Shown here: positions 13,050-24,442 of the stretch, piece by piece
Numbering within the stretch: position 1 is the stretch's first letter
How the letters are laid out: each line of letters begins with the position of its first letter
Assembly (NCBI GenBank): GCA_951406725.2
Contig: OX597815.1
Span: 29,450,001-29,514,000 of the forward strand
Direction: 5' to 3'
DNA: 64,000 nt
Source: Octopus vulgaris
Lineage: Eukaryota
Position numbers and translations under genes: made by a program
Notes under the pieces: generated by a model
Database searches by the model: none
What the model was told of the DNA's origin: nothing
The model's input: only the letters and a program-made list of their open reading frames with translations

Positions 13050-13300
13050 GCTATTTCCCTGATAGCAGAAGTTGCTGTCTTATTTTGAATTTACTAAAAC
13101 TTTGGTTTTTACCCTGCATGAATCTAAGTTTTTCTTCTAAATCTGGAGATTCATCTTGGAACCTTCTACAGATTCAGCTGTAAGAACAAGGTCATAAGTA
13201 TACAGGATTTCAAAGGGATAACCAATCTTAAACTTATCTATACTCTGCTACATTACTCTTATACTCTCAGTTTAAATTCCATGACTCAACTAAGCCTGGT
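13050..13300 (-). mobile_element. Old RTE RT fragment
   Basis: Minus strand reads FKIGYPFEILYTYDLVLTAESVE...KTKVL, homologous to FKTRYFWELLYADDLALIAES...KTKVL at 60900-61050. Confidence 0.7.
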
Positions 13301-14684
13301 GGACTATAATAAACATTTCATATACTGACAGAAATGGGAAATTAAGACCATTAAATATCATAACAGTTTTACAGATAGAAACATAGTTATAATCTCAGTG
13401 AAATAATTCTCCACTCTAGCATTGAAATTTATATTCTTAATTGAATACAAGTTTTCACGGAAGAGAATAATTACACATTTTGTTAACGATTAATACAGCA
13501 CACTATTAGTTTACTGTTAGTTTACAGACATAATATCATTGCTATCTATTTTATGTACCCTTTGGTATATTTTGCTAGGTTTCATCTTCATGGTAAAACC
13601 CTCATAGTTATTCAGATGATAGTTGGAAGTGGAGAGCAGAAGTAATTTATGGTATAAAAAGAAATACATCTGGAGCAATTAGTTGTATTGAAATGCATGA
13701 TTTTCTCAAAGTGAAGTGCAAAATGGAGTTGCATTTAAGTTTTCCTTCATAGATTTACAAAAAATCTTAAGCAAATATCAAACAAGTTGTTACAAAGATA
13801 AAAATTGATTTTGATCTTGATCTTTCCAACCATTTGGCACCAATGCTTAATAATATTTATGGTTGTTGTTGTTGTTGTTAATGTAGTAAAACAGGAAATA
13901 AACAACCAGTGTTAGTATATGCAGTCAGGAACATCTCAATCACAGAAACCTCCCATATCAAGTTTAGATATCCATTAGAAATTAAATTCTAAAATGAGTC
14001 TGAATAATGTTCACTAGAAGGATCCAACAAGTATATCATTACACTTCAGTGAAATTAGTAGCTTTTACTTTACTCATATGTCTGCCAGAGATAGTTGTAT
14101 ACTTAGACTGGCTGATTGACGGACAGAGAGATACTGCATTTTTGTCTGAAGCGAATATTTATAAATAATGGATATTGTATGCTTTCTGTTAAAATACATG
14201 AACCATATGGAATATTACAAATGGTTAACATTTGAGATATTCAGCATTATAAGCATCAATTTAAAAGAGAAAAGGAATAAACCTACTGATAAAACTTGAA
14301 CCATGTATCTAGTGAGTACTTTCATTCTTTTTCTCTCTCAGATTGGTGTTTCTTCGTAATGTTTAGGCTTACCTTTTCAAGTTAACATGAAATGAATGAG
14401 AACTTCAGAAGCAGTGTTATATAGCAAGATGCCAATCCTTTTAGTCACCTTCCATGACATACAAGGATACAATGTACCTCTTCTAAAGACAGGGACTCAG
14501 TTTTTATAATAATCTTATACAATTTCTGTACAGAATATTCCTGTCCTAGTGTTTATTTCACTTCAGAGTAGAATCTGCATTTATGCAAATTGTTAAAACC
14601 AAGATTCTGGTCTAAATGAAACATCTTTATCACTATTATCCTACAGGGTCCTGAAGGCTTTATTTCCCACTCTGACAATGCTGG

Positions 14685-14887
14685 GATTGATACCAACCTG
14701 CCTGAAACCGCCTCTGGCTTTGTAGTACCAATGTCTTGTTTTCAAAAGTTCTGCATTAAAATCTTCCACAATTTATGTTCCTAACACTAGCTTAATGATA
14801 ACTAAATTATTTTATTAAATTCTTTGTTATATTGATTGAAAGAAACACAGAGCATCTTAACAGAAACACGATAACAAAAGGGTTGAT
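14685..14887 (+). mobile_element. TTAA-type (piggyBac-like) MITE, family 2
   Basis: Matches 49288-49512 (GATACCAACC...AAAAGGGTT) and the inverted copy at about 50960-51190. Confidence 0.75.
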
Positions 14888-15549
14888 TACAAAACCACAA
14901 GGCGTCTCATTCAAATGTTTTACCAATCCCTCCAATCTACAGTTGGCTCCAAAATAATGAAAAGCAAACTTCACTTTGATGGGATTTGAACTCAGAGTAC
15001 AGCAAGCTAAAACAAATACCACAACGTATTCTATCCAACTCTTTAACAACTCTACCAAGTCACTGCCTAATCAACTTATACACAGAATATACTTCGTATC
15101 ATTTACATATAGAATATACAACAAATTTCATCAGCGAAAAGAGACCATCATTCATAACAAGGAGGTAATATGATGCGATATTACTACACAAATTGATCAA
15201 ATAAAATAAAAAAGAAATAATAATTAATAACTCCTAAAGAATGACAAAGATATTTAGAAGTGAATCAATAAAACTGCTAAAAAAAAAATTTGTCAAATAT
15301 ATTTCTTATAAAATAAAAATTTCATGCTAATTTCATTTTCTTGCTACCAGAATTACTATTACTTTCAAATTATTTCTCACATTATTGTTATTCCTAAAGC
15401 AATTCCTTTTTAATAAACAAATAAAACTAAAAATTAGAAAGGAATAACCATCTAATGGTGAGACAAAATTTGAATAATTTTTCCTGAATAAATTTTCTAT
15501 CAGTTAAAAAAAAAATATATATATATGTAATTATGAATGATAGGTTGAA

Positions 15550-15710
15550 GTTGTTTGCTTCGAGTCAGCACTGATTGAGAAGACCTATGCTTAAAGGCAT
15601 TCCAGCCATGACCAGCCTGTCTTTTATATGACAATAAGGTATGATTTGAGGAAGATTTAACTGCTACTTCTAGTAGATTGAGCAACATTGTAAATGCTCC
15701 TTCACTGTCT
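15550..15710. repeat. Interspersed SINE-like repeat, family D
   Basis: GGTCAGC..TGAT..AGACCTATG...AAAGGCATTCCAGCCATGACC...GCTGCTATTTCTAGCAG recurs at about 29810, 48550, 50315, 56200, 57645 and 59595. Confidence 0.75.
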
Positions 15711-17747
15711 CAGTTGATATGTATGAATGCATAATGATGTGAAATAACAAAATTATATGCTATATATCATGGCATGATTTAAAATGACGAGCAATATAGA
15801 GTAGAAAATTAAATTTGTGATTCAATTTGGTTTCCAATTGCAACCATTTATTTCATTTCTATCTCTAATACTACAACTTCACTTCTCCTCTCTAAAATTC
15901 ATTATAGCTCTAAAATAAATCATATCTATTGAGCTATTTTTTATGAGTTGTCGTTGTCATCATCATCATCATCATTTTTTTAATACCTGTCTTCCATGCC
16001 AGCATTGGTTGGATGGTTTGAGAGGATCCAATGGTTTGAAAGACTGTTTCATGTTCCAATGTCTGCTTTGGCATGGTTTCTACAGCTGGATGCCTTTCCT
16101 AACACCAACCACTTTACAGAGTGTATAGGGTGCTTTTTATGTGCAATATTTGCACTAGCCACTATGTAGGGAAAACAAGGGTCTCAAGCTAGTGTATCAA
16201 TTCAGTTTATTTAATGAAGAAATCAGATGTGACATTTTCTTTGTACATTTTCTGTATAGATTTAATTATAAATGAATTATGGCAAGCTCCTTCAGTTGAC
16301 CAAGAAAATAATATGAAGATGGCTCTAGCTTGCCAGCACAATCTGGCAGATACTTAATAGCTTCTTGCCACACAAGTCTCTGAATGTAAATGATATTAAA
16401 AAACATTATTTTAAGACTTGAACCATGTAGTAATCAAATCCTATCACTAATGGGAACCATTAGGGAATGAACCACAAATGACATTATTAAAGGACAGTTG
16501 TGTTGTGACTACTGATGAACTTAGGACACTGATATGGAGCAGGGTATGGATTGTGCTCATCATCATGCATGGTACAAATGTAAGCTGAAGTCTACAGATT
16601 ATGATGACTTATAATACTAAACAACATTTCAATAATACATGGATTGTTAGGCCATGATAATAGGAGGGAGATGCGGAGAAAATTACATAATAGCTTGTTG
16701 ACATGATTAGTTGAGAGTGAATATTTGAAAATGACAGAGGTTGTATTTCAAAATGTTCATCCTTAGAACAAGCAGCTTAATAAAAATAATGACAGCAAAA
16801 ATAACAAAAACTGCTTCTAACTTTGGCATACGGCCCATACATTTGTAGGGAGGGGCTATAGTCAACTGAAGCAACCTGAGTTCATTATCACTAATTATGT
16901 TAACATCAATGCAGTAATGAAAGTAACCTAAACCTCAATGGGATTTGAATTCAGTGTGCAGAGATGTGTAAGTAAATATCACAAAGCAGTTTAGTCAAAT
17001 TAATATAAATATAAATTACTGTCATAAACAAAAGTTTCAATATAATATATTGAAAATGGAAAAACAAGAAAGCTAAAAATTGCAAACAGATATCATTATC
17101 TGAAAGCTTTTACAGATACATATCGTATACTCATGTATAATATATATACAACATGAAGAATTATTACAAAGTGATCAGAAAGCCCAATATAAAAGAATAT
17201 TAAAAAATTTTTTTATATACATACAGATGTAGAAGTGTATGCAAGTTTGGATACAATTAGGAAATAAACATTTATGCCTATGCACATATGTATGAATGTA
17301 TGTATGGCCATATGAAATAGGAAATATAAGCTGTGTATGCTGAGTAGAAAATGCAGGTTAACACAAGATAAGTTTCAAAAATGAAACTAAAAATAAAATG
17401 AAAGAGGAACTTCAAAAATTTACTAAAGCTTTTGTATAGTAAATAGCCAAGTAGCCTAGCAAAATGATTGGTTGTTGAGTTACAATCCCTCTATCATATT
17501 TTCCAGCATACCAAGTCAAATTTTTTTAGGCCAAGATTTATAACCAAAAATATGTAGATCAGCTTATACACCACAATGATGTTGGAAGAACTAGAAATTG
17601 CATATGAAATGTGGCAGGATTTAGAAAGATAATGATGATGTTTGAAATGTTGGCTCACATGCAATTTACTGTCATAAAATAGTGAAAGCAAATTGTTCTT
17701 AAAAAATGATAGTATATTGCAATGATGACAGTGATATACTAAAATTT

Positions 17748-18003
17748 CATGGCACGTAAAAAGCACCATCCAATCGTGGCCGTTTGCCAGCCTTGTCTGG
17801 CACCTGTGCCGGTGGCACGTAAAAAGCACCCACTACACTCATGGAGTGGTTGGCGTTAGGAAGGGCATCCAGCCGTAGAAACATTGCCAGATCAGACTGG
17901 GCCTGGTGCAGCCTTCTGGCTTCCCAGACCCCAGTTGAACCATCCAACCCATGCTAGCATGGAAAGCGGACGCTAAACGAAGATGGTGATGATGATGATG
18001 ATG
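17748..18003 (+). mobile_element. RTE 3'-tail copy
   Basis: Near-identical to 12782-13043; ends in (GAT)n. Confidence 0.9.
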
Positions 18004-18007
18004 TTAT

Positions 18008-18240
18008 GTATCTGGTGGGTGGGCTTTCCATGCAGGTCTTGGCAACTTTTATACTCATAAGTTGTCAACCATTCACTCAGTTTTGTTGATCCAGATGATG
18101 ACAGCATCCATACACAGACTATAGGAAGGTAATGGATGCTTGCCAAGAAGTAAATTAGGCAATGGTGTGGGAATTGTAATGATTTATTTACATCATATCT
18201 TCATTAGCAGGTGTGGTGAAATAAATTTAGAAATCGCGAA
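18008..18240 (+). pseudogene. Merlin / IS1595-like DDE transposase C-terminal relic
   Basis: With frameshifts it reads VSGGWAFHAGLGNFYTHK/VVNHSLSFVDPDDDSIHTQTI../W.LAKK...DLFTSYLH*QVW*NKFRN. This fits the SDgw.aY..l...H..VNHS..FVDP...HTQ.IE..W..K...SYL.EF.WR pattern. Confidence 0.8.
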
Positions 18241-19147
18241 AAACTATTTGCAAATCTCATTTCATGCATCAATGACTGTTATGTTTTCCTGTAAATGTGA
18301 TTGTTTTCATCTTATATAAAATATACATGTATGGTCTTCATGTTATATCAATTATATGTGCATTTATGTATGGATACATTGGTATATCACATAGTGCTTA
18401 TATGAAATTATGGGATGTTTCTGTTGTCACTTCCAATTTCTATAAAACAAAAATTCCTAAGAACAATATACTTACACTATGTTACAATGGTAAACTGCAT
18501 GTTAACCAAAATGCTTACTCTACATGTTTATACTATATATACTACATCGACTTGTATGGCAGAAAATACGGTATTTCCTAGGAAGTAACAAACTGTTTAA
18601 TTAACTGAATATAAAGTAGAAATGTACATATGTTTTAAATGACCATATATAGATTGTAATATATGTTTGTGTGTGTGTAAGTAAAAGAATAATTTTTTTG
18701 TTTATCCGCAATGGTGCTTTCACTCTCTTGATGTTTCTATAGTTGAGTATGATACTTTCACTATCTCTGTATTTCGTGGAAACATTAACAGGTCATTTAC
18801 TGCGTATAAATGCACATAAATCTATTTGTCCATTCATAAACAATACATAAAAGCAGGCATATCTCATGTTGTGGAAGCATTGTAGTCTTGAAAAATCTAG
18901 CAGTAATGTGGAATTTCACAATGCAAAACCTATTTCTCACTGATGTCTATGTCACAATATTCATGTGACACAAGCATGAACGGAAAAATAGGCTTCACAT
19001 AATAGAATTCCCTGTTACTATAAGACTTTAATGAATATAATACTTCTGTAATGCTGGTTATGCCTTGTAGTTTTATATGTATTGGTATGCATATTTCATT
19101 ACTTTATATAGAGGTGTGTGTGTATATATATATATACATATATATAT

Positions 19148-19350
19148 AGGGGGAAGCTTTATGAAAATAAACAAAAGACGAAGGCAGGTGGAAAACAAAC
19201 GAACAATTGTATTAGTATGGCGCTCAGGAAATATAAATAAAACAAGTCTTTAACGTTTCGAGCCTACGCTCTTCAACAGAAAGATACACAGAGAGAGAAA
19301 AACACAGAAAGAAGGAGAGAAAAAAAAATGCGTGCAGTAGCTAACGAATC
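19148..19350 (-). mobile_element. Penelope-like terminal-repeat unit 1, carrying a minimal hammerhead motif
   Basis: Short unit set in TA-rich tracts containing GAAGAGC..GCTCGAAACGTT and CCTGAGCG, which it shares with units at 19408 and 54110. Confidence 0.7.
19247..19284 (-). ncRNA. Minimal type I hammerhead ribozyme-like motif (core variant CUGUUGA)
   Basis: Minus strand: UCUUU-CUGUUGA-A-GAGC(GUAG)GCUC-GAAAC-GUU-AAAGA. Stem I is 5 bp, stem II is 4 bp, and helix III is loopless and palindromic (AACGUU). Confidence 0.6.
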
Positions 19351-19407
19351 AACATGGCGATCAACATTAAATATATAGATATATATACGGGTGTGTATAT
19401 ATATATA

Positions 19408-19620
19408 GTTAATCCAAACATGAAAACACAAAGAGAAAACACAACAACACGAGGACGTGGAACAAGTATAGTGTATTGGACGCTCAGGAAAGGAAAGAAA
19501 GAAAGAGTATTTAACGTTTCGAGTGGAGCTCTTCATCAGAAACATAGAAAAAGGAAAGATCCAAGGAAGGGAAGATGGAGGAAAAAAAAAATCATCAATG
19601 ATACACATGTGGTCACATGA
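19408..19620 (-). mobile_element. Penelope-like terminal-repeat unit 2
   Basis: Homologous to 54110-54305 and carries a hammerhead core. Confidence 0.7.
19508..19544 (-). ncRNA. Minimal type I hammerhead ribozyme-like motif (canonical CUGAUGA)
   Basis: Minus strand: UGUUU-CUGAUGA-A-GAG(CUCCA)CUC-GAAAC-GUU-AAAUA. Confidence 0.7.
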
Positions 19621-19624
19621 TGGA

Positions 19625-21560
19625 CTCTTCTGTCGGTTTCAACATATGAAGATCTGACAACCTACTCTTTCTTTGTCAGTAATAATGCTTATGTTGAATG
19701 TGACATTTAAGTCCTGCCAATGATTTGCAAAAAAGCCCACAGATCCTACAAGTATGAGGATTATAGGTGGTATATTTGCAGCAGCCTTGCACCCCGAAGC
19801 CTGTTAATGCTGGTTGCAACAAAGTTTCCAATACAATTTTGACACAACGATTTCCATTTTGTTTGCTCCAAGGCTGTTCGCTCAAAGGTGTTGTGAGCTA
19901 TCTTCATTGCTAAGAGGTTACTCTTCAGCTTGTACTTATATCTGAGCCATGGTCGACCAACATTCCTGTGCCCACTATCAAGCTGGCTGTACATTAGGAC
20001 TTTGGGTATTCTTTTGTCACTCATTCTAATGACATAGCCAGCTCACAGCACAATTGTGATTGTATAAGGAAGCTCTCGATTCCACCAATCTTATACTTAC
20101 TAAACAGGCTGGCATTAGAAACTCCGTCTTTTAGTGAATAACTACAGATTCTCCTCAGGCAGCCTTTGTGGAAGATGTCTAGTTGGTTAATGTGTTGTCT
20201 ATAGAGTATCCACAATTCTTAGGTATACAAGAGAGCAGTAAGAATGGATCTTTAATGACCTGTACTTTGGTGTCAAGTTTGATGCCCCTTTCATTCCACA
20301 GGTGATGATGGAATTTGCCAAAGGCATTGGTGACCTTTGCAAGATGGCAGACGATTTCCTCATCTAGAGAAGCACTTGAATTCACTTTAATTCCAAAATA
20401 TGTAAATGACTTCACTTCACATAATTTAGGTTTTTCCCATCAACCTGTATAGGAGTGTCAGGAAAATTGTGAACCAGTGGCCTCTGCTTGGCATCTCCAA
20501 TTTGTTTAGGAATAGAGCAAGGTTGGTGGCTTACTTCCGTCTTCTTTATGCTGCTGGTCAAACCAAAGGCTTTACATGCAACAGAAAACTGGTCTAGAAG
20601 TTCCTGAGCTTCCTCTAAGGAGGTCACTACTAGTGCAGCATCATCTGCAAAATGTAGATCACAAATGGTACTGGTGCGTAGCAGTGTTCTGACTTTGAAA
20701 CGCTGATGATTGAATAGTCACCACTTGTTCGAAACTGGAATTTGACACCACTTTGTATGTTGCCAAAAGCATAACTCAGCATCACTGAAAAGAGTGCAAA
20801 CAAAACAGAGGCCATAACACAACCTTGCTTTGTGCCATTTGTAATATTAAAGGAAGCTGAAGATCCCCCTCCGGACATGACAGCAGCCTTCATTCTCTCA
20901 TGAAAGGAGACGATAACATTCAACATCTTGTCAGGTACTCTAAACTTTTCCAGAACTTTCCATAGTGCTTGCCAGTTGACAGTGTTGAAGGCCTTAGTAA
21001 GGTCAATGAATGTCATGAACAACTCTTGATTTTCCTCATGTACCTTCTCCCTGACCTGTTGAAAGGAAAAGATCATGTCAATAGTGCCATGACCAGAGCG
21101 AAATCAGCACTGTGATTCTGGATAGATATCATTTACGATATGTTTGATGATCCTGTCAAGAAGGAGTTGAGCAAGAGTCTTACCAGCAAAAGACAGAAGC
21201 GATATCCTACAATAGTTATCACAGACACCTCTGTTTCCTTTCTTCTTATAAAGATATTGAATTGAGGCATCCTTGAAGTCCTGTAGTACACTGTCTACCA
21301 TCCAAATATTTATGAAGAGGTCATGCAATTTCTTAAAAAGCTTGTCTGCCATGCTTGTAGATTTCAGAAGGAACAGCATCCCTGCCAGGTGCTTTACCAG
21401 AAGAGATCTGTTCAAAAGAGTTTACCACTTCCAGGAAGGTTGGCTCCCGAGACAATTCCGGTATTTTAGCATGCTGTGGAGTAGACATTATGATGTCATC
21501 ATTAGTGACTGAGGTGGAGTTCAACACGGCTTTGAAGTGATCTTACTATCATTTCAGGAT
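19625..21560 (-). mobile_element. Decayed RTE-clade (BovB-like) LINE, 5'-truncated
   Basis: ORF pieces include KAPGRDAVPSEIYK, YKKKGNRGVCDNY.RISLLS, FIDLTKAFNTVN, GTKQGCVMA, FTYFG, RIPKVLMYSQL...GRPWLRYK and a terminal C2H2-like CRICGLFCKSLAGLKCH. Confidence 0.93.
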
Positions 21561-22189
21561 ATATATAATATCCAGGTAATTCCTTTCATTACAGTTTCCT
21601 GCAAATAATTAACTACAAAACTGAAATATCCATGGATTTTCCATGGGTGTACTGATGGATCCTAGTTTCAGCAGCAGACAGTACAGATAGCATTAAGAAA
21701 GAAAAGACTGTTTTATTTCCACATTTCTAGTCTTTGCAAAGTTGGAATATATTCATAGGCATGACCAAGTAGGTTGAGATATATAAAGATATAAGTGGTA
21801 CAAACATATATTGTCATCATTCTGTTCATCATTATTAAATATTCACATTTCCATGTTTGCATGATTCATATAGAATTCACTGTGACAGATTTCCTTCAGA
21901 AGTATGCCCTTCCTGTTGCCAACCCCACTCCAAGCAGGATAACATTTCCCATAGCCGGACATGTTCTTCATGGAATGAACAGCATCACTTGTATGACAGT
22001 AATACTCATGTTACAACCATCACATGGTGTCAAGACAAGGATACACAAAAACACACATCACAAGCATATGACAGCCATTTTCCAGTTCCTGCTAACCAGA
22101 TCCATTCACAAGGCTTTGGATGGCCCAGGGTCATAGTAGAAGACACTTGTTCAAGTGGGACTGAACCTGAGACCACAGCCATGCCTAAG

Positions 22190-22234
<45 letters not shown>

Positions 22235-22238
22235 TTTA

Positions 22239-22331
22239 TTTAAAAGCAGCAGAAATTTAGCAAAACTGTCCGACGAACGGGAACGTGAAACTCCGAGTAA
22301 CAGCTTTTGTTAAATTTCTGCTGCTTTTAAA
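22239..22331 (+). ncRNA. Complete type I hammerhead ribozyme capping a long hairpin
   Basis: Stem I (TTTAAAAGCAGCAGAAATTTAGCAAAACTGT / ACAGCTTTTGTTAAATTTCTGCTGCTTTTAAA), core CCGACGA (22270-22276), stem II ACG(GGAA)CGT, GAAA, stem III CT(CCG)AG, and GUA triplet with predicted cleavage after 22299. Flanked by (TA)n on both sides. Confidence 0.8.
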
Positions 22332-22332
22332 G

Positions 22333-22374
<42 letters not shown>

Positions 22375-22375
22375 A

Positions 22376-22616
22376 TTTTATTTTGGTCAAGTTAGTCTCT
22401 TGCTGTAAAACTCATTAGCAATATATTGACTCATCGAAAATGAAATATTATTTTTCTGACAGGTATAACAAAACACACACATAATTGCTTAATCAGGAGA
22501 AATAGTAGTTCTCACGACCCTTTATAACACTTCTGAAATTAATAAGAAGAAAGGTAAGAAGAATGGATTCTCACACCAATGACTTAGCCTAAGTGCTTAT
22601 ATGTTGTGGATTTCAC
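22376..22616 (+). repeat. Left arm of a ~240-bp inverted duplication
   Basis: Reverse complement of 23488-23757; the right arm has an extra ~30 bp. Confidence 0.95.
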
Positions 22617-22619
22617 TAA

Positions 22620-22950
22620 TGACACCCAAAGGACCAGATAGTCACTTTAAATTAGGTGACAGATTAAATCTACCACTCAAGATTAAGCATATGGCAAAGC
22701 TAGAAGTAGAATTCTGAGACATAATTGTCCAAACTGACAAATAACTCAGGACAAATTGCACAGAGAATACTTTGAAGGAGCATACAAAAAAAGAAGAAAA
22801 AAATACTGATTGGTGTGAATTAAGAATAATGAAAAAGAATATAAGAAAACAGTTAAGCACAATACCACGTCTCACAACACTGCACACAATCCAGAAAATA
22901 GCATAACTTGGCACAGTACATATGTTTTGAAGGTCACTCTCAACACTAAC
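22620..22950 (+). mobile_element. R4/Dong-like non-LTR ORF C-terminal relic
   Basis: Reads ...TTLHTIQKIA*LGTVHMF*RSLST, matching the lQK.alLgTahilR terminus typical of R4-clade elements. Confidence 0.65.
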
Positions 22951-23341
22951 TATATAACTTACACAACACATACATTCTAACAAGAACTCCTCCACACTGT
23001 AATACAACACACAAAAAACATTATTATAAATGAAACTATAATAAAAAATAGAGACAATAATAAGCTAGTAGAATTAATCTAGTCACAAACAACAAAACAA
23101 TACTGTACACAACACAGGAGATATATACCTGTTAATTACAATGAAAAAGGTTAGAATTAAAGAATCAAGACAGTTACTAACAATAACAGGAGTGATTTCT
23201 TCTAAATAGATACAGGGCCATCTGTTGCAGAGAGGATATATTACTACTTGTTACTATACCAAGATCTGGGAATAGGGGAAGGGATAGGGTCAAAGGTAGT
23301 ATCATTGTTAGTATGTAACTGTTTCGATTCTTTAATTCTGT

Positions 23342-23839
23342 TTAATCCTTTGGCAGTTACATTGGCTATATCCAGCTCATCTGACCCAAGTACTTTACCA
23401 GTTTTATGTTCAAACTGGCCAGATCCAGTCTCTCACACCTAACTTACGATGTCATTCCAAAATATACAATCACATCATTGAAATATCGTGAAGTCCACAA
23501 CATGTAAGCATTTAGGCTAAGTCATTGGTGTGAGAATCCATTCTTCTTATCTTTCTTCTTACCAATTTCAGAAGTGTTATAAAGGGTCATGAGAACTACT
23601 ATTTCTCCTGATTAAGCAATTATGTGTGTGTTTAGTTATACCTCTCAGAAAAAAGAGTACTGTATGCCACTTTAGAGATTAATAATATTTCATTTTGGAT
23701 GAGTCAATATCTTGCTAATGAGTTTTACAGCAAGAGACTAACTTGACCAAAATAAAAGTTATGAGATAATATATGATTCAAACAATGTGAATAAATAAGT
23801 ATTAAATTTGACAAAGAAATCTGAATGTTAAAGGGTTAA
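23342..23839 (-). mobile_element. TTAA-type MITE, family 1, interrupted by the inverted-duplication arm
   Basis: TTAATCCTTT...AAAGGGTTAA ends. The two halves (23342-23487 and 23758-23839) join into an inverted copy of 43584-43810. Confidence 0.8.
23488..23757 (-). repeat. Right arm of the inverted duplication
   Basis: GTGAAGTCCACAACATGTAAGC...CTTGACCAAAATAAAA is the reverse complement of 22376-22616. Confidence 0.95.
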
Positions 23840-24404
23840 AGTAAGATTATAAAGATTGGCAAAAATGTAAAACAAAATGGACAGAGTGGCAAAGTTTTCA
23901 TTTTATCCCATTTGTATTTGTCTTAACAGGTTAAAGTTTCAGTACAGATTCAAGCACTATGGAGACCTGTTAAGTCAAATAAGATAGAAATCACAGCTGA
24001 GTCAACAGAATGAAAGATTAACACCAAAAGATTCCCTCATCCATATACTGTCACACTATATTGTGACAGTAGTAAATGTATTTGATTCTCAATGACCAGT
24101 TCACTTCTCTATAAGCTGTTACTATTGGGTAGCACAATATTTTAGTAAAACTAAAAGATGGGGTTTTGATGTACATATTGCTGAGTTGAACCCAGATTGG
24201 AGACAAATGGGTTCAGTCAGGCTGACTTGTTCAAGATACACTGCACTGTATGAAGATCAAATCATAAAACCTTTCAAAGTACTATAAAAGATGTAATGAG
24301 TTGGGTTATGAAACTTTCAATCATATATAAATATATAACTGAGTACATGCTTGCGCTCACACTTGCAAACAAACACACATGCACTCACTCACTCTCTCTC
24401 TCTC

Positions 24405-24442
<38 letters not shown>

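Noticed and set aside
13580-13750. Exon-like open stretch (YSDDSWKWRAEVIYG...)
   Set aside because: It is bounded by stops, has no consistent splice sites and shows no recognisable domain.
23930-24075. Good-looking splice acceptor (polypyrimidine + CAG) followed by a short open frame
   Set aside because: All frames close within about 30 codons, with no recognisable protein and no supporting upstream exon.
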